Shown here one piece after another: positions 9,548 to 18,662 of a stretch of 64,000 bases of DNA. This DNA is from a virus: IMG/VR virus record IMGVR_UViG_3300027659_000014, positions 1 through 64,000 of that record. The stretch is one strand, 5' to 3'. The position numbers were made by a program, and so were the translations under genes. Under the pieces are notes generated by a model. The model saw nothing but the letters and a program-made list of their open reading frames with translations, was not told the origin of the DNA and ran no database searches. Position 1 is the first letter of the stretch, and each line of letters begins with the position of its first letter.

Positions 9548-9901
9548 TTAATCATCGAATTTAAGATCTAAAGTTCTTGTCATCCACATAGGTTTTTGTT
9601 TATTTTGTATTGCTTGTATCCATTCTCTTGCACTTGGTATATAATCAAAACAATCTTCCTTCACATGTTGTTCTCCAACATATCTTGTATAAACAACTTT
9701 TTCATCACTATTAACAAACGAAGATCCAAATATCTTTTCCATTTCAAATATACCCTCTGAATGATGTCTAAACATTCTGTGATATGAATGACCTACCCAA
9801 GCTTTTGTTTCATCCATCCAATTATGTAAATGAATATAATCTTCAACTTTACCCCCAAACTTTTTAACAGAACTTTTTGAGTGTAATAAAGGATGTGACA
9901 T
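9548..9901 (-). CDS. DUF6915-like His-rich protein
   Basis: HPLLHSKSSVKKFGG..EDY..LHNWMDETK...HRMFRHHSEGIF...EQHVKEDC. Confidence 0.7.
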   Translation of the reverse strand: MSHPLLHSKSSVKKFGGKVEDYIHLHNWMDETKAWVGHSYHRMFRHHSEGIFEMEKIFGSSFVNSDEKVVYTRYVGEQHVKEDCFDYIPSAREWIQAIQNKQKPMWMTRTLDLKFDD

Positions 9902-9973
9902 ATAATATACTTTTATTATAAGTATAAAAAAAATATTTATTATTTAAAGTATTTAATTTTTAAGTATTGACCA

Positions 9974-9981
9974 TATTTATA
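9974..9981 (+). promoter_or_regulatory. TATTTATA upstream motif (representative copy; putative phage late promoter)
   Basis: The same motif lies shortly upstream of start codons at 713, 2894, 3886, 5855, 9525, 15076, 26594, 29763, 35082, 35377, 41317, 42352, 47094, 51208, 51258 and 61702. Confidence 0.6.
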
Positions 9982-9985
9982 TAAT

Positions 9986-10960
9986 ATGGAATATTTAATT
10001 AAAAAAATATTAAAAGAATATGAGGAGGAAGAGGAAAAAGCGTTTCCAAAAAATGTTTCTTTATTTTTTAAATTTTTAAATGGTTATAGAAAAGGAGGAA
10101 ATGTAACACTAAATGCCTTAGGTAATTTTATGTTGTCTAACATGAAAACTTTTGGTTTAAAACCTCAAGAATATCAACACTATTTAAATCTTTATACTCA
10201 AAATTTTAGAGAAGATGGTCAATACATTTTAACCAAAAAAAATGAATTAAATGCCGAATATAATCAATCAAAACCAAAACGAACTTCTAATTCAAAAGCT
10301 TCAGATTTAGTAAGGGATTTACAACCATTTAAAGGATCAAATTTAGAGGGTAAGTGGAAACAGGATTATAAGGGTGATTGGGCATATGTTGTATATTCTT
10401 GGAATTGGTATCCAATATATATGTATAAATATAAAAAATGGTTTGAGGTTGATAATCGATATTCCTCATCAACAGGTAAACATATGTCAGCCACAAGTCC
10501 TGGAAGGTATAACAGTCAGTTAAGAAAAACAATGTTCATTGTTTCACAAGATGAAATGTCTAATCTTTTAAACGGTCAACAAACATCAGAAAATATAATT
10601 AAAAATAAAAATAAAAAATTTATTGACATTGTTGGAAAAGAAATTCATACCTTAAAACAAGTTAGATTAGGTTGGGACCCAAGAGTTAGAATATCATTTA
10701 ATTTTATGAAAGTAAGTATGGAAGAAAATGATCCTCGTATTGATGTTGAAGTTATTAATGTTGATAAAATGGACAATAATAAAATAGATAGATCTTCAGG
10801 TAACTTTTTAAAAGGTGAAATGGTTGGAGTTTCAAAAGAATATATCACCGATTTAATGAAAGAATACATCTCAAGATATTCTTCCTCTATATTAGGAAGA
10901 GATGTTTCAAATGAAATTAGTGTAATCGTAACTTACTTAGATAATCCAAATATAAACTAA
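9986..10960 (+). CDS. Hypothetical protein with LIKKILKE leader
   Basis: MEYLIKKILKEYEEEEE; TATTTATA at 9974-9981. Confidence 0.75.
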   Translation: MEYLIKKILKEYEEEEEKAFPKNVSLFFKFLNGYRKGGNVTLNALGNFMLSNMKTFGLKPQEYQHYLNLYTQNFREDGQYILTKKNELNAEYNQSKPKRTSNSKASDLVRDLQPFKGSNLEGKWKQDYKGDWAYVVYSWNWYPIYMYKYKKWFEVDNRYSSSTGKHMSATSPGRYNSQLRKTMFIVSQDEMSNLLNGQQTSENIIKNKNKKFIDIVGKEIHTLKQVRLGWDPRVRISFNFMKVSMEENDPRIDVEVINVDKMDNNKIDRSSGNFLKGEMVGVSKEYITDLMKEYISRYSSSILGRDVSNEISVIVTYLDNPNIN

Positions 10961-10961
10961 A

Positions 10962-10988
10962 AAATCGGATCTAGTCCGACTTTTTTTC
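10962..10988. terminator. Probable bidirectional terminator
   Basis: aaaa-tcgga-tctag-tccga-c-ttttttt between convergent genes. Confidence 0.65.
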
Positions 10989-11003
10989 ATTAAACTAACA
11001 TAG

Positions 11004-11216
11004 TTATCCCATCATTTCAGTAGCTTTGTACACCGCTAATTCTTTGGTTTTAAACCCACGTTCTTTAATGTTTTTACCATGTACGATTTGATAAGTAGTT
11101 GAAGCAACTTCTTTTTTATCACCTCTACCTGGTTGTTTTCTCATAACATCTGTTGCGTAGACATCTAAAAAACCAACTTTACAAATGTAACGACCTTTTG
11201 TTGAACCTTTTCCCAT
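11004..11216 (-). CDS. Hypothetical protein
   Basis: 70-aa ORF with TATATTTG promoter at 11249-11256. Confidence 0.6.
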   Translation of the reverse strand: MGKGSTKGRYICKVGFLDVYATDVMRKQPGRGDKKEVASTTYQIVHGKNIKERGFKTKELAVYKATEMMG

Positions 11217-11332
11217 TTTTTTATTTTTTGTTTTGATTAATACTTTTACAAATATATAAATTTATTTTCTATTTATCAACAAAATTTTAATTTTATTCTA
11301 AAAGTATTACCTATATTATATATTTAATTACT

Positions 11333-11878
11333 TTATTTAAGAAATTTTAATTTGTAAAGTGTAGAATTTATTAGTTCCTGAATTGTATCTATTTGATTTT
11401 GGATATAACTATCGTCAACCGAATCTCTATTTTCTTCAATCATATTCAATAAACTTGTAAAGTATTTTAATACTTGGTTTTTGTTTTTATAAGATTGATT
11501 CTTAAATGATTTGTAATTAGTTAAAAGACCGTACTTACCTTGATAAGACTCTATTACACCATCAACAAGTACATCAATCCCTTCGTAATATTTTTGTAAG
11601 GCTTTGTGTTCAGAATATGATTTAGTTCCTAAATGGAAAATATGAATTTGTGTTTGTGAATGTAATATTTGACAAACCATTTCACAGAAATCTTCATTAT
11701 GACTGGAAGATTCTGTATCTTCGTCGTTGTTATCCTCTTGATCATTATCGTCCTCATCATTATCGTCCACATCCTCTTCATCATTATCGTCCTCATCATC
11801 TAACAAATCGTCTTGTTCATACAGTCCTTGTTTTTTTAATGTTTCAAAAACTTTTTTAGTTAAATTTTTATCAGCCAT
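11333..11878 (-). CDS. Ferritin/Dps-like four-helix protein (DUF5856-like) with acidic N-terminal extension
   Basis: HIFHLGTKSYSEHKALQKYYE...D..IESYQGKYG...NQIDTIQELINSTLYKLKFL, preceded by a poly-D/E tract. Confidence 0.7.
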   Translation of the reverse strand: MADKNLTKKVFETLKKQGLYEQDDLLDDEDDNDEEDVDDNDEDDNDQEDNNDEDTESSSHNEDFCEMVCQILHSQTQIHIFHLGTKSYSEHKALQKYYEGIDVLVDGVIESYQGKYGLLTNYKSFKNQSYKNKNQVLKYFTSLLNMIEENRDSVDDSYIQNQIDTIQELINSTLYKLKFLK

Positions 11879-11904
11879 AATATTTGTTTTTATTTACTTA
11901 TTTT

Positions 11905-12888
11905 TTAAAACCAGTTCTTTGGGTTCCATTTTGATTTTTTAGCATCTTCCGCAGCTCTATTTAACGCATCTTGAGCGTCTCTTGCTTGTCTATCAAGTTC
12001 GTCTTGTGCCGCTCTCGCTTGTCTATTAAGTTCATCTTGTGCCGCTCTCGCTTGTCTATCAAGTTCTTCCTGTGCAATTCTTGCCAATCTATCACTTTCT
12101 TCTTTAGCCGCTTTTGTTTGTCTGTCAAGTTCTTCTTGAGCTTCTCTCGCCTTTCTTTCAGTTTCTTCTTGGGCTATTTTTGCAAGTCGTTCAGTTTCTC
12201 TTTGTGTTGCTTCAGATAACGCTTGTGCTTCTGCTGCCGCACGTTCTGATTGTTCTGCCGCCAATCTAGCGTCTTCAGCAATTTGATTCGTATCAACACT
12301 CACACTTAGATCAACATCAACACCAAGTAAAACTGCCACTTCACCACTAACTCCGACAGTTGCAACACCATCTACATAAGTAGCTTCACCACCACCACCA
12401 ACACCAACTTGTTCTCCAACCGATACACCAGCACCTGCGGTTACTGAACCTTCTCTTAAATCTAAAGTTCCTTCACCATCTACACCAACTGAACTTCCTG
12501 CCGATACACTTCCATTTGCTACCACTCCTTCATCACCTGCCCTTACTTCTAAACTTGCTTCATTTCCTGTTTTAGCGTAAGCATCTACAGAACCACCAAC
12601 CCCAAATCCTTCATCATTAGCCTGACCCTCTACTGTAACATGAACTTCAGTTGTGTCTGAATAGTTTGCTTCCACATATACATTGTTACCATCTAAACCA
12701 CCATCAACTGATGCTTCTGTCCCAGTTTTAGCGGAAGCTTCAATGCCAATCGAGGCATTTTCATTTCCTGTTTCTATTCCTGCGGATGCAGTAGTTGTAT
12801 TATCAAATGATGCACCACCTGAGGTTTCATCTGAATGTGTTTCGGTTGTTTGATTTTGTTTCATATGTGCGTGTTTTTTTGTTTTCAT
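11905..12888 (-). CDS. Gly/Ala/Val-rich beta-repeat protein with C-terminal coiled-coil repeats
   Basis: GxSVGAG-type repeats followed by 11-aa AQ(D/E)EL(D/N)RQAR repeats. Confidence 0.7.
   Translation of the reverse strand: MKTKKHAHMKQNQTTETHSDETSGGASFDNTTTASAGIETGNENASIGIEASAKTGTEASVDGGLDGNNVYVEANYSDTTEVHVTVEGQANDEGFGVGGSVDAYAKTGNEASLEVRAGDEGVVANGSVSAGSSVGVDGEGTLDLREGSVTAGAGVSVGEQVGVGGGGEATYVDGVATVGVSGEVAVLLGVDVDLSVSVDTNQIAEDARLAAEQSERAAAEAQALSEATQRETERLAKIAQEETERKAREAQEELDRQTKAAKEESDRLARIAQEELDRQARAAQDELNRQARAAQDELDRQARDAQDALNRAAEDAKKSKWNPKNWF
11960..12200 (-). repeat. 33-bp coding tandem repeat (11-aa unit)
   Basis: tcttgtgccgctctcgcttgtctat(c/t)aagttc repeated, with degenerate copies flanking. 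Confidence 0.8.
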
Positions 12889-13520
12889 TTCTTTTTTATG
12901 GGTTTTTTTATTGGTTTTTTAATTGTTTTTTTAATTGTTTTTTTCTTTTTTACTGGTGTAATAACAATTGGTTTATCAAATCTGATTAAAATAACAAATC
13001 CCAATAGTAATAGAACCAAAAAGTATATGTAAATGTTTAATTCAAGTATAGCTCGTTGAAGTTTGTCATTTGATTTTTCATATGTCACATCTCTTAGATG
13101 TTCTATACTAGAAATAATTCTAGTTTTATACGACAAATATTGATCAGTAAAAAATGCCGTGTCATTCATTGCTTTAAATGCCGGAGCCTCTATTACTGAC
13201 GCTAATTCATTACTCAAACTTAAACCTTCATTGTAATATACCATACCTTCAGGTATAATATCAAATTTTAGTTGTTTTCTTCTTTCTAAATGGGAATTAA
13301 ACTCATTAATGAATTTTTCTTTACCAGTGGCCGTATATGCTATTGCCAAATAGGTTAAACTATCCGTAGATGTTCTTAAATAATATGCGGTTCGTTTACC
13401 TAAATCTAACTCTACATGAGCGTCTTCAATATCTTTTATTGCGGACATTGATAATAAGGCCGCTATAGCAACTGGTATTGATATGAGCCAAATTTTACTT
13501 TTTATTTTTTCTAAAATCAT
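12885..13520 (-). CDS. Two-TM membrane protein with chemoreceptor-like extracytoplasmic domain and Lys-rich tail
   Basis: TM, then YLRTSTDSLTYLAIAYTATG...SNELASVIEAPAF...YLSYKTRII, then TM, then KKTIKKPIKK. Confidence 0.6.
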   Translation of the reverse strand: MILEKIKSKIWLISIPVAIAALLSMSAIKDIEDAHVELDLGKRTAYYLRTSTDSLTYLAIAYTATGKEKFINEFNSHLERRKQLKFDIIPEGMVYYNEGLSLSNELASVIEAPAFKAMNDTAFFTDQYLSYKTRIISSIEHLRDVTYEKSNDKLQRAILELNIYIYFLVLLLLGFVILIRFDKPIVITPVKKKKTIKKTIKKPIKKPIKKK

Positions 13521-13876
13521 TCAACTGGTTTTTTAATAACTTTCTTTTTAATTGGTGTTTTTTTAATTGGTTTTTTTTTAACAGGTGTTTTCTCTTCAGG
13601 TTGAGGTGCAACTTGGTTTAAAAATTTATTACTTAATATCTCTACTAATTTTAATCCTAAAAATCCAACAATAAAGGCTAAACCATTTTGTAATTTAGCT
13701 TCATTTAAATTTAACAATTCTACCATTATTGGGGTAAGATAATTAGCTGCCGCCATACCACCAAAAATAGATAATATGGTAGATTTAACACTTGTTTGAG
13801 CGTTTTTGGATGCCATTAATATAGCACCAAATAACCCACTAATTAAAAAACTTATGGTTATACCTATTTCTTTCAT
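13517..13876 (-). CDS. Holin-like three-TM protein with Lys-rich tail
   Basis: Three hydrophobic segments (ISGLFGAIL; GGMAAANYLTP; GLAFIVGFLGL) and a basic C-terminus, near an endolysin candidate. Confidence 0.55.
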   Translation of the reverse strand: MKEIGITISFLISGLFGAILMASKNAQTSVKSTILSIFGGMAAANYLTPIMVELLNLNEAKLQNGLAFIVGFLGLKLVEILSNKFLNQVAPQPEEKTPVKKKPIKKTPIKKKVIKKPVE

Positions 13877-13885
13877 ATTTTTATA

Positions 13886-14185
13886 TTACCAAGTTTTTAT
13901 GGTGTATGTAACTGAGATTCCAAATCTTAAATCAGGTTGGTTTCCATTTATGTAATAGTTAGTACCCGCCCAAGTTCCAAAAGACCACTTTTTGATATTG
14001 TAGTTAAGATTCAAAGATGACCAACCATTGGATTGGTATATAGCTCCCTTTGGTTTAATATTTGATACATTAATATAACCAGCACTTGTGCTTAGAGCCC
14101 AATGTTTTATTGGTTTAGGGGTGCATTGACCATAAACTGTATAACTAAATAGGGTTAATATAATACACGATATTATTTTTTTCAT
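13886..14185 (-). CDS. Small secreted, possibly outer-membrane beta protein
   Basis: Signal peptide, alternating beta-strand pattern, C-terminal FGISVTYTIKTW. Confidence 0.55.
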   Translation of the reverse strand: MKKIISCIILTLFSYTVYGQCTPKPIKHWALSTSAGYINVSNIKPKGAIYQSNGWSSLNLNYNIKKWSFGTWAGTNYYINGNQPDLRFGISVTYTIKTW

Positions 14186-14197
14186 TTTACTTTAATA

Positions 14198-14455
14198 TTA
14201 CTCTTCTGTTTTATCGTTATCTTTTTTACCCCAAATTTTATCTACTGATGCTAATCCTAAACATCCAAATGCCAGCATTGCCACAGCATTTACTAAAGTG
14301 TCTGCAGGTTTTATATCTCCGTGAGTATAGCTGTTTACATATAAAGTAATACATAAAGTAATACCACACAATATACCAATAAATCTTTTAGACGATGGGG
14401 ATCCTTTTTCGTCCTTAAATAACCCATTTATCCAATGAAACATTTTTTTAAACAT
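14198..14455 (-). CDS. Holin-like two-TM protein
   Basis: SSKRF motif followed by two TM helices and a charged C-terminus; adjacent to the endolysin candidate. Confidence 0.55.
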   Translation of the reverse strand: MFKKMFHWINGLFKDEKGSPSSKRFIGILCGITLCITLYVNSYTHGDIKPADTLVNAVAMLAFGCLGLASVDKIWGKKDNDKTEE

Positions 14456-14476
14456 AACTTTATTTTTTTTATTTAT

Positions 14477-15076
14477 TTATTTAATATCTAAACTTTCAAT
14501 TAACGTATATGTAAATGAATTACCGTGTATATCTTTAGCTTTTCTACAGATTTTCATAAATTCCTCAAAATCCGCAGATTTTTTAAAGACTTGACATCCT
14601 TCAGACCAATTTTCCACATATGTTGAATCGGCACCTGCTTTATGAATGTTTATACCAAAAACACCTTCTTGTATTAGTTTTTCGTCATATACCATATCAC
14701 GGTTTGCGTCTCGATATACTTTAACTGGTTTGTTTTGTCCCAAAGCCTCATATTTTCCCCCATGTAATCTAATAATGTGAGAACCTCTGTATTGACCTTC
14801 AACAAGTCTAGCAACTCCAGCTTTATTACCAAATTGTTTTACACCTTTTGTTCCTGGATCTGTAGTTGCCAACCATTCGTGATATTGCCAAACACCTTTT
14901 TCGTTTTTATAACTTAAAGTTAATAAATCATCAAAAACATTTGTGACTTTGTCTCCAACAGATGAATTTCTGATCCCAACAATGTTTACATCATATCCTT
15001 TATTGTTTGTGTCTTCAAACCAAACATAACCTTTAGTCTTTACGGTAGACTCAATATTTTCTTTAGTGTATTTCAT
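14477..15076 (-). CDS. Putative endolysin, L,D-peptidase (YkuD-like) fold
   Basis: TTDPG...VYRD.NRD...FGINIHKAG...WSEGCQV gives the HxxxSxGC-type catalytic motif. Confidence 0.65.
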   Translation of the reverse strand: MKYTKENIESTVKTKGYVWFEDTNNKGYDVNIVGIRNSSVGDKVTNVFDDLLTLSYKNEKGVWQYHEWLATTDPGTKGVKQFGNKAGVARLVEGQYRGSHIIRLHGGKYEALGQNKPVKVYRDANRDMVYDEKLIQEGVFGINIHKAGADSTYVENWSEGCQVFKKSADFEEFMKICRKAKDIHGNSFTYTLIESLDIK

Positions 15077-15170
15077 AATTTTATTTATTAATAAATATAT
15101 ACGGTTACTAAAAAATAAAATTTTTTTATAAATTCACATTTTTTACTATTTTACTAAGGTTATTATAGTA

Positions 15171-15205
15171 AAAAAACCCCCACTCTTATTAGAAATGGGG
15201 GTTTT
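15171..15205 (-). terminator. Probable intrinsic terminator
   Basis: aaaaccccca...tgggggtttt inverted repeat. Confidence 0.7.
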
Positions 15206-15224
15206 AATTGTAGTATAACTTTTA

Positions 15225-15560
15225 TTATTTGTTGGTATAATCACTCCATTCCCAACCTAAAAATAGTTTCATACATTTTCTGTGTAACCAATTTGGTTTT
15301 TTCTCCAAATGGATGTGAAATCCTTTTCCGGTACCCATAAAATAACTACCAACATTTTTATTTGTTATTAGTTTTTTATATTCAACATATGGTCTTTCTG
15401 AATTAACTATTTTATGGTAATTATCAAGTCCAATTTTATCAATTTTAATATCTAAAATTTCTCTTTTCTTTCTAGGTTTATAATATTTTTTCTTTGTTGT
15501 TTTTTTTACCTCAGGGTTTCCTTTAGTAATTGTTTCTTTTAATATAATTTTTTCTGTCAT
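15225..15560 (-). CDS. Hypothetical protein
   Basis: 111-aa basic ORF ending KKPNWLHRKCMKLFLGWEW. Confidence 0.6.
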   Translation of the reverse strand: MTEKIILKETITKGNPEVKKTTKKKYYKPRKKREILDIKIDKIGLDNYHKIVNSERPYVEYKKLITNKNVGSYFMGTGKGFHIHLEKKPNWLHRKCMKLFLGWEWSDYTNK

Positions 15561-15582
15561 TTTTTTTATTTTTAATTTATTT

Positions 15583-16920
15583 TTAATTTGATAATGGTGC
15601 TTTAATTTTTTCGTGTGATCTATAATTACTTAATTGTATATCTTCTTCTAATAAACATTTACAAAAATTGTCATTAGTAAATGAATTAAATATTTTTATT
15701 GCATCTAATAGTCCTATACCACACTCACCTGATTCAGTTGGCCAAAACTCTGTGTTGATGTTTAGGGTTGGTAGTGTATATGGTTCTCTTGTTCGGGTTG
15801 GTACATTCCATTGGTCAATTTCAGAATGTGATAATGTGTTACTGTCTCCACCATTATATATTTGATTAAACATTTCTTGAGTAACCATTTCTCTTCTTTC
15901 ATCTAAATCTAATTCTCTACCAATCTGTTCTTTTGCTTGTTCAACGTGATTCAAATACAAATGTGTATCACCCAAGTTACCAATCAATTCATCAGGAACC
16001 ATATTAACTGACTTGGCAATAATTTCCAATAACAATCCGTAAGACGCAATGTTAAATGGTAAACCTAAGAATGTATCTACTGAACGTTGATTCCACATTA
16101 AAGAGATTGCTCTGGTTGGAATATTAAATTTGTCACATTCTTTATGAACCTCATTATCTAAATCTATACTAACATTACTTTTTATAAAATCAAACAGTTC
16201 ATTTGAATCCAATAAATTAATTTGTTTAGTGTTTTTATACGTGATTCTTTCACTAGCACTCAACTCTCTTGTATAAACTTGAAATCCATAATGACAAGGT
16301 GGAAGAACCATTTGGTCTAATTTACCCACATTCCAAGCATTAACCATTAATCGTCTTGAGTCTGGATTTGTTTTAAGGTCGTTGATTAAGATTGATATTT
16401 GGTCTATAACCTTTTCCCCAACTAATGTATGTAGACCATTGTGTCCTATTGTTACATTTTCACCTGTACCCCAACTTCTCCACTGTTTACCATAAATTTT
16501 TCCAAGGTCACCCCACTTCTTAGCAAACTCATCATCTGTTTTGATTTTGTTGATGAAGTCTTCTTGTGTTTGGTATTTTACTAATTGACCAGCTTGTGAA
16601 GAAATTAAATCAGAGTAGTTTTCTGATTTATAGTCTGGGTTATATATATAATTCTTATAAGCATCACCATCCCAAATATGACAACCATTATCAACAAGGA
16701 ACTTGATGTTTGTATCACCACGTAAGAACCACATTAGTTCTGTAACGATTGATTTCCATGCCATCTTCTTAGTTGTAAGTAATGGAAACCCCTCACTCAT
16801 TTTATGTCTAATCTGTCTACCAAACACTGAAAGAGTACCACCGTTTCTTGTTTCTTTTTTTACACCATTATCAAAGATGTCTTGTAGGAGTGATTGGTAT
16901 TGTTTATCTAGGTTATTCAT
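15583..16920 (-). CDS. thyA: Thymidylate synthase (with insertions)
   Basis: FPLLTTKK, ELMWFLRGDTN, YGKQWR, SRR...AWN, LPPCH, QRSVDTFLGLPFNIASY, GDTHLYLNH. Confidence 0.95.
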   Translation of the reverse strand: MNNLDKQYQSLLQDIFDNGVKKETRNGGTLSVFGRQIRHKMSEGFPLLTTKKMAWKSIVTELMWFLRGDTNIKFLVDNGCHIWDGDAYKNYIYNPDYKSENYSDLISSQAGQLVKYQTQEDFINKIKTDDEFAKKWGDLGKIYGKQWRSWGTGENVTIGHNGLHTLVGEKVIDQISILINDLKTNPDSRRLMVNAWNVGKLDQMVLPPCHYGFQVYTRELSASERITYKNTKQINLLDSNELFDFIKSNVSIDLDNEVHKECDKFNIPTRAISLMWNQRSVDTFLGLPFNIASYGLLLEIIAKSVNMVPDELIGNLGDTHLYLNHVEQAKEQIGRELDLDERREMVTQEMFNQIYNGGDSNTLSHSEIDQWNVPTRTREPYTLPTLNINTEFWPTESGECGIGLLDAIKIFNSFTNDNFCKCLLEEDIQLSNYRSHEKIKAPLSN

Positions 16921-17275
16921 TAATAATCTCGTTTAATCGTTTAATTTCTGATATCACATCATCACCCAATTCAATTTTGGACATCATTGTTAAATCCACT
17001 ACTTGAGAATAAAGTAAGTTTATTAGTTGTTGCTGAGCCGCCATTTTTGAGGACATCATTTGTGGAAAGTTTTGTAGTTCTTCTTCTGTCATTGTTTTCT
17101 CTTTTGTTATTGTATATTCATCAATCATCCACTTTATCTTATCAAACTCACTTTGAATGTCATCTTTTAGTCTATTTAATCGAGTATCTGCCGTTATTTT
17201 TTCTTCTCTATCTTTCATTAGTTCTTTACGTTTTTCAGGATGTCTCCACTTACCATAGTTAGACCATTTGTTCAT
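16913..17275 (-). CDS. Hypothetical protein with C-terminal QVVDLTMMSKIELGDDVI module
   Basis: Likely start MNKWSNYG at 17275, giving a short overlap with the upstream gene. Confidence 0.6.
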   Translation of the reverse strand: MNKWSNYGKWRHPEKRKELMKDREEKITADTRLNRLKDDIQSEFDKIKWMIDEYTITKEKTMTEEELQNFPQMMSSKMAAQQQLINLLYSQVVDLTMMSKIELGDDVISEIKRLNEIINE

Positions 17276-17582
17276 AACTTTCCAATTGATTTTCGTTGAA
17301 GATGTGTAATAGTCCATATTCGTCCATTTCACCTATCACCCGTATTTCACCACCGATTGTTTCAAATACACCTACGATTGTACAAGGAAATTTATAACCT
17401 TTTGGTTTGTGTACCTTATCACCAACCTTAAATTTTGGTTCTGTTTGATTAATAATACCGTTTAGTCGTTTAATCTCAGAGATCACATCATCTCCCAATT
17501 CAATCTTGGACATCATTGTTAGATCCACCACTTGATTCGTAAGGACATTGATTAACTCGTCTTTTGCTTGTTCTCTATTCAT
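17259..17582 (-). CDS. Hypothetical protein: N-terminal QVVDLTMMSKIELGDDVI module plus SH3/KOW-like domain
   Basis: KFKVGDKVHKPKGYKFPCTIVGVF C-terminal domain. Confidence 0.65.
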   Translation of the reverse strand: MNREQAKDELINVLTNQVVDLTMMSKIELGDDVISEIKRLNGIINQTEPKFKVGDKVHKPKGYKFPCTIVGVFETIGGEIRVIGEMDEYGLLHIFNENQLESYEQMV

Positions 17583-17588
17583 AATTTT

Positions 17589-18038
17589 TTATTTACCAAT
17601 AATAAATTTAAGTGCTGATGAGCTTCCAGCCATATTAAAGGTAAAAACTTCAGATGAACAAGTTATATCGTTTACCCTAATTTTTAATACACTACATAGT
17701 TTAAAGTCATTAAGTATATTACTTTCCATTAGATTACTAACGATCCATATAATTTTTTTATCTTCAGAAACTACCATAGGTTCAGAATATTTTACATAGG
17801 AACCGTTAACTAAAAAAGACAAGTCTACCGTGGGGTTTTCATCACACGTATATCCACCCTGCAGATAAAAAAATATTGATCCATCTACATTTTCTAACTT
17901 TAAAACTGATTTATTATTTTCAACAGTATAACATATTCGATAAGGGTCATCAAATCCATTATTAACATTTTTGTTTATCCATTGTGCATTAACATTTAAA
18001 GTTAACATTAACGCAATACTAATCATTAATTTTTTCAT
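17589..18038 (-). CDS. Secreted hypothetical protein
   Basis: Signal peptide MKKLMISIALMLTLNVNA-QW. Confidence 0.65.
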   Translation of the reverse strand: MKKLMISIALMLTLNVNAQWINKNVNNGFDDPYRICYTVENNKSVLKLENVDGSIFFYLQGGYTCDENPTVDLSFLVNGSYVKYSEPMVVSEDKKIIWIVSNLMESNILNDFKLCSVLKIRVNDITCSSEVFTFNMAGSSSALKFIIGK

Positions 18039-18050
18039 ATTTATTATTTA

Positions 18051-18284
18051 TTATTTATTATTTATTTTTAATGAATCAAGAAACTCGTTGAGTTCCACTT
18101 TAGATGGTGGTCTTCCATCAATATCACAACAAGTATTGTAATAATTTCTAATTTTGTCAATTACTTCTCCCATTTCAATCTCTTTAAGTCCGTCTATTAA
18201 GGTGTTGTCCCATAATTTTATTTCGTCGTCATCCATAAAAAAATATCCATCCGAACCTATGTAAGGTGTTGTGTTTTCACTCAT
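18051..18284 (-). CDS. Hypothetical protein
   Basis: 77-aa ORF. Confidence 0.5.
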   Translation of the reverse strand: MSENTTPYIGSDGYFFMDDDEIKLWDNTLIDGLKEIEMGEVIDKIRNYYNTCCDIDGRPPSKVELNEFLDSLKINNK

Positions 18285-18326
18285 AATATTTTTTTTTCAT
18301 TTTTTATGTTTTTAGTAATTTATTTA

Positions 18327-18662
18327 TTATTTGATACCATCTTCTAATTCTTTCTCTGCAAGAACACTACCTAAAAATTGGTTTTCATTTTCTAAGAAAA
18401 TAATATATTCTTTCAACGCCTTATTTCTATCCCTTTGAGATTGAATTTTTTTTAATTGTTTTCCTATTTGAACCTTTATGGAGTCTTCAGGTAATGATAA
18501 CCATAGAGTATCTACATGGGGATTTTTTTTAAGACTGTCGATTATTCTTTCTTTATCTTTTATTAATCTACTAAATTTGGTATTTGCTCTATTATTGATA
18601 ATGGCAGCAAATAGTCCAGTAAAAATTAATGTGATAATAATGATGATTGAAATTTTTTTCAT
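18327..18662 (-). CDS. Membrane-anchored coiled-coil protein
   Basis: N-terminal hydrophobic segment followed by coiled coil. Confidence 0.55.
   Translation of the reverse strand: MKKISIIIIITLIFTGLFAAIINNRANTKFSRLIKDKERIIDSLKKNPHVDTLWLSLPEDSIKVQIGKQLKKIQSQRDRNKALKEYIIFLENENQFLGSVLAEKELEDGIK

Noticed and set aside
11960-12200. CRISPR-like array
   Set aside because: The 33-bp units are contiguous in-frame coding repeats with no unique spacers.
15583-16920. Intein or intron in thyA
   Set aside because: The extra length is spread over several short in-frame insertions, with no intein termini or homing-endonuclease motifs.
16913-17582. Diversity-generating retroelement TR/VR pair
   Set aside because: The differences are synonymous and not adenine-specific, and no reverse transcriptase is in the window.
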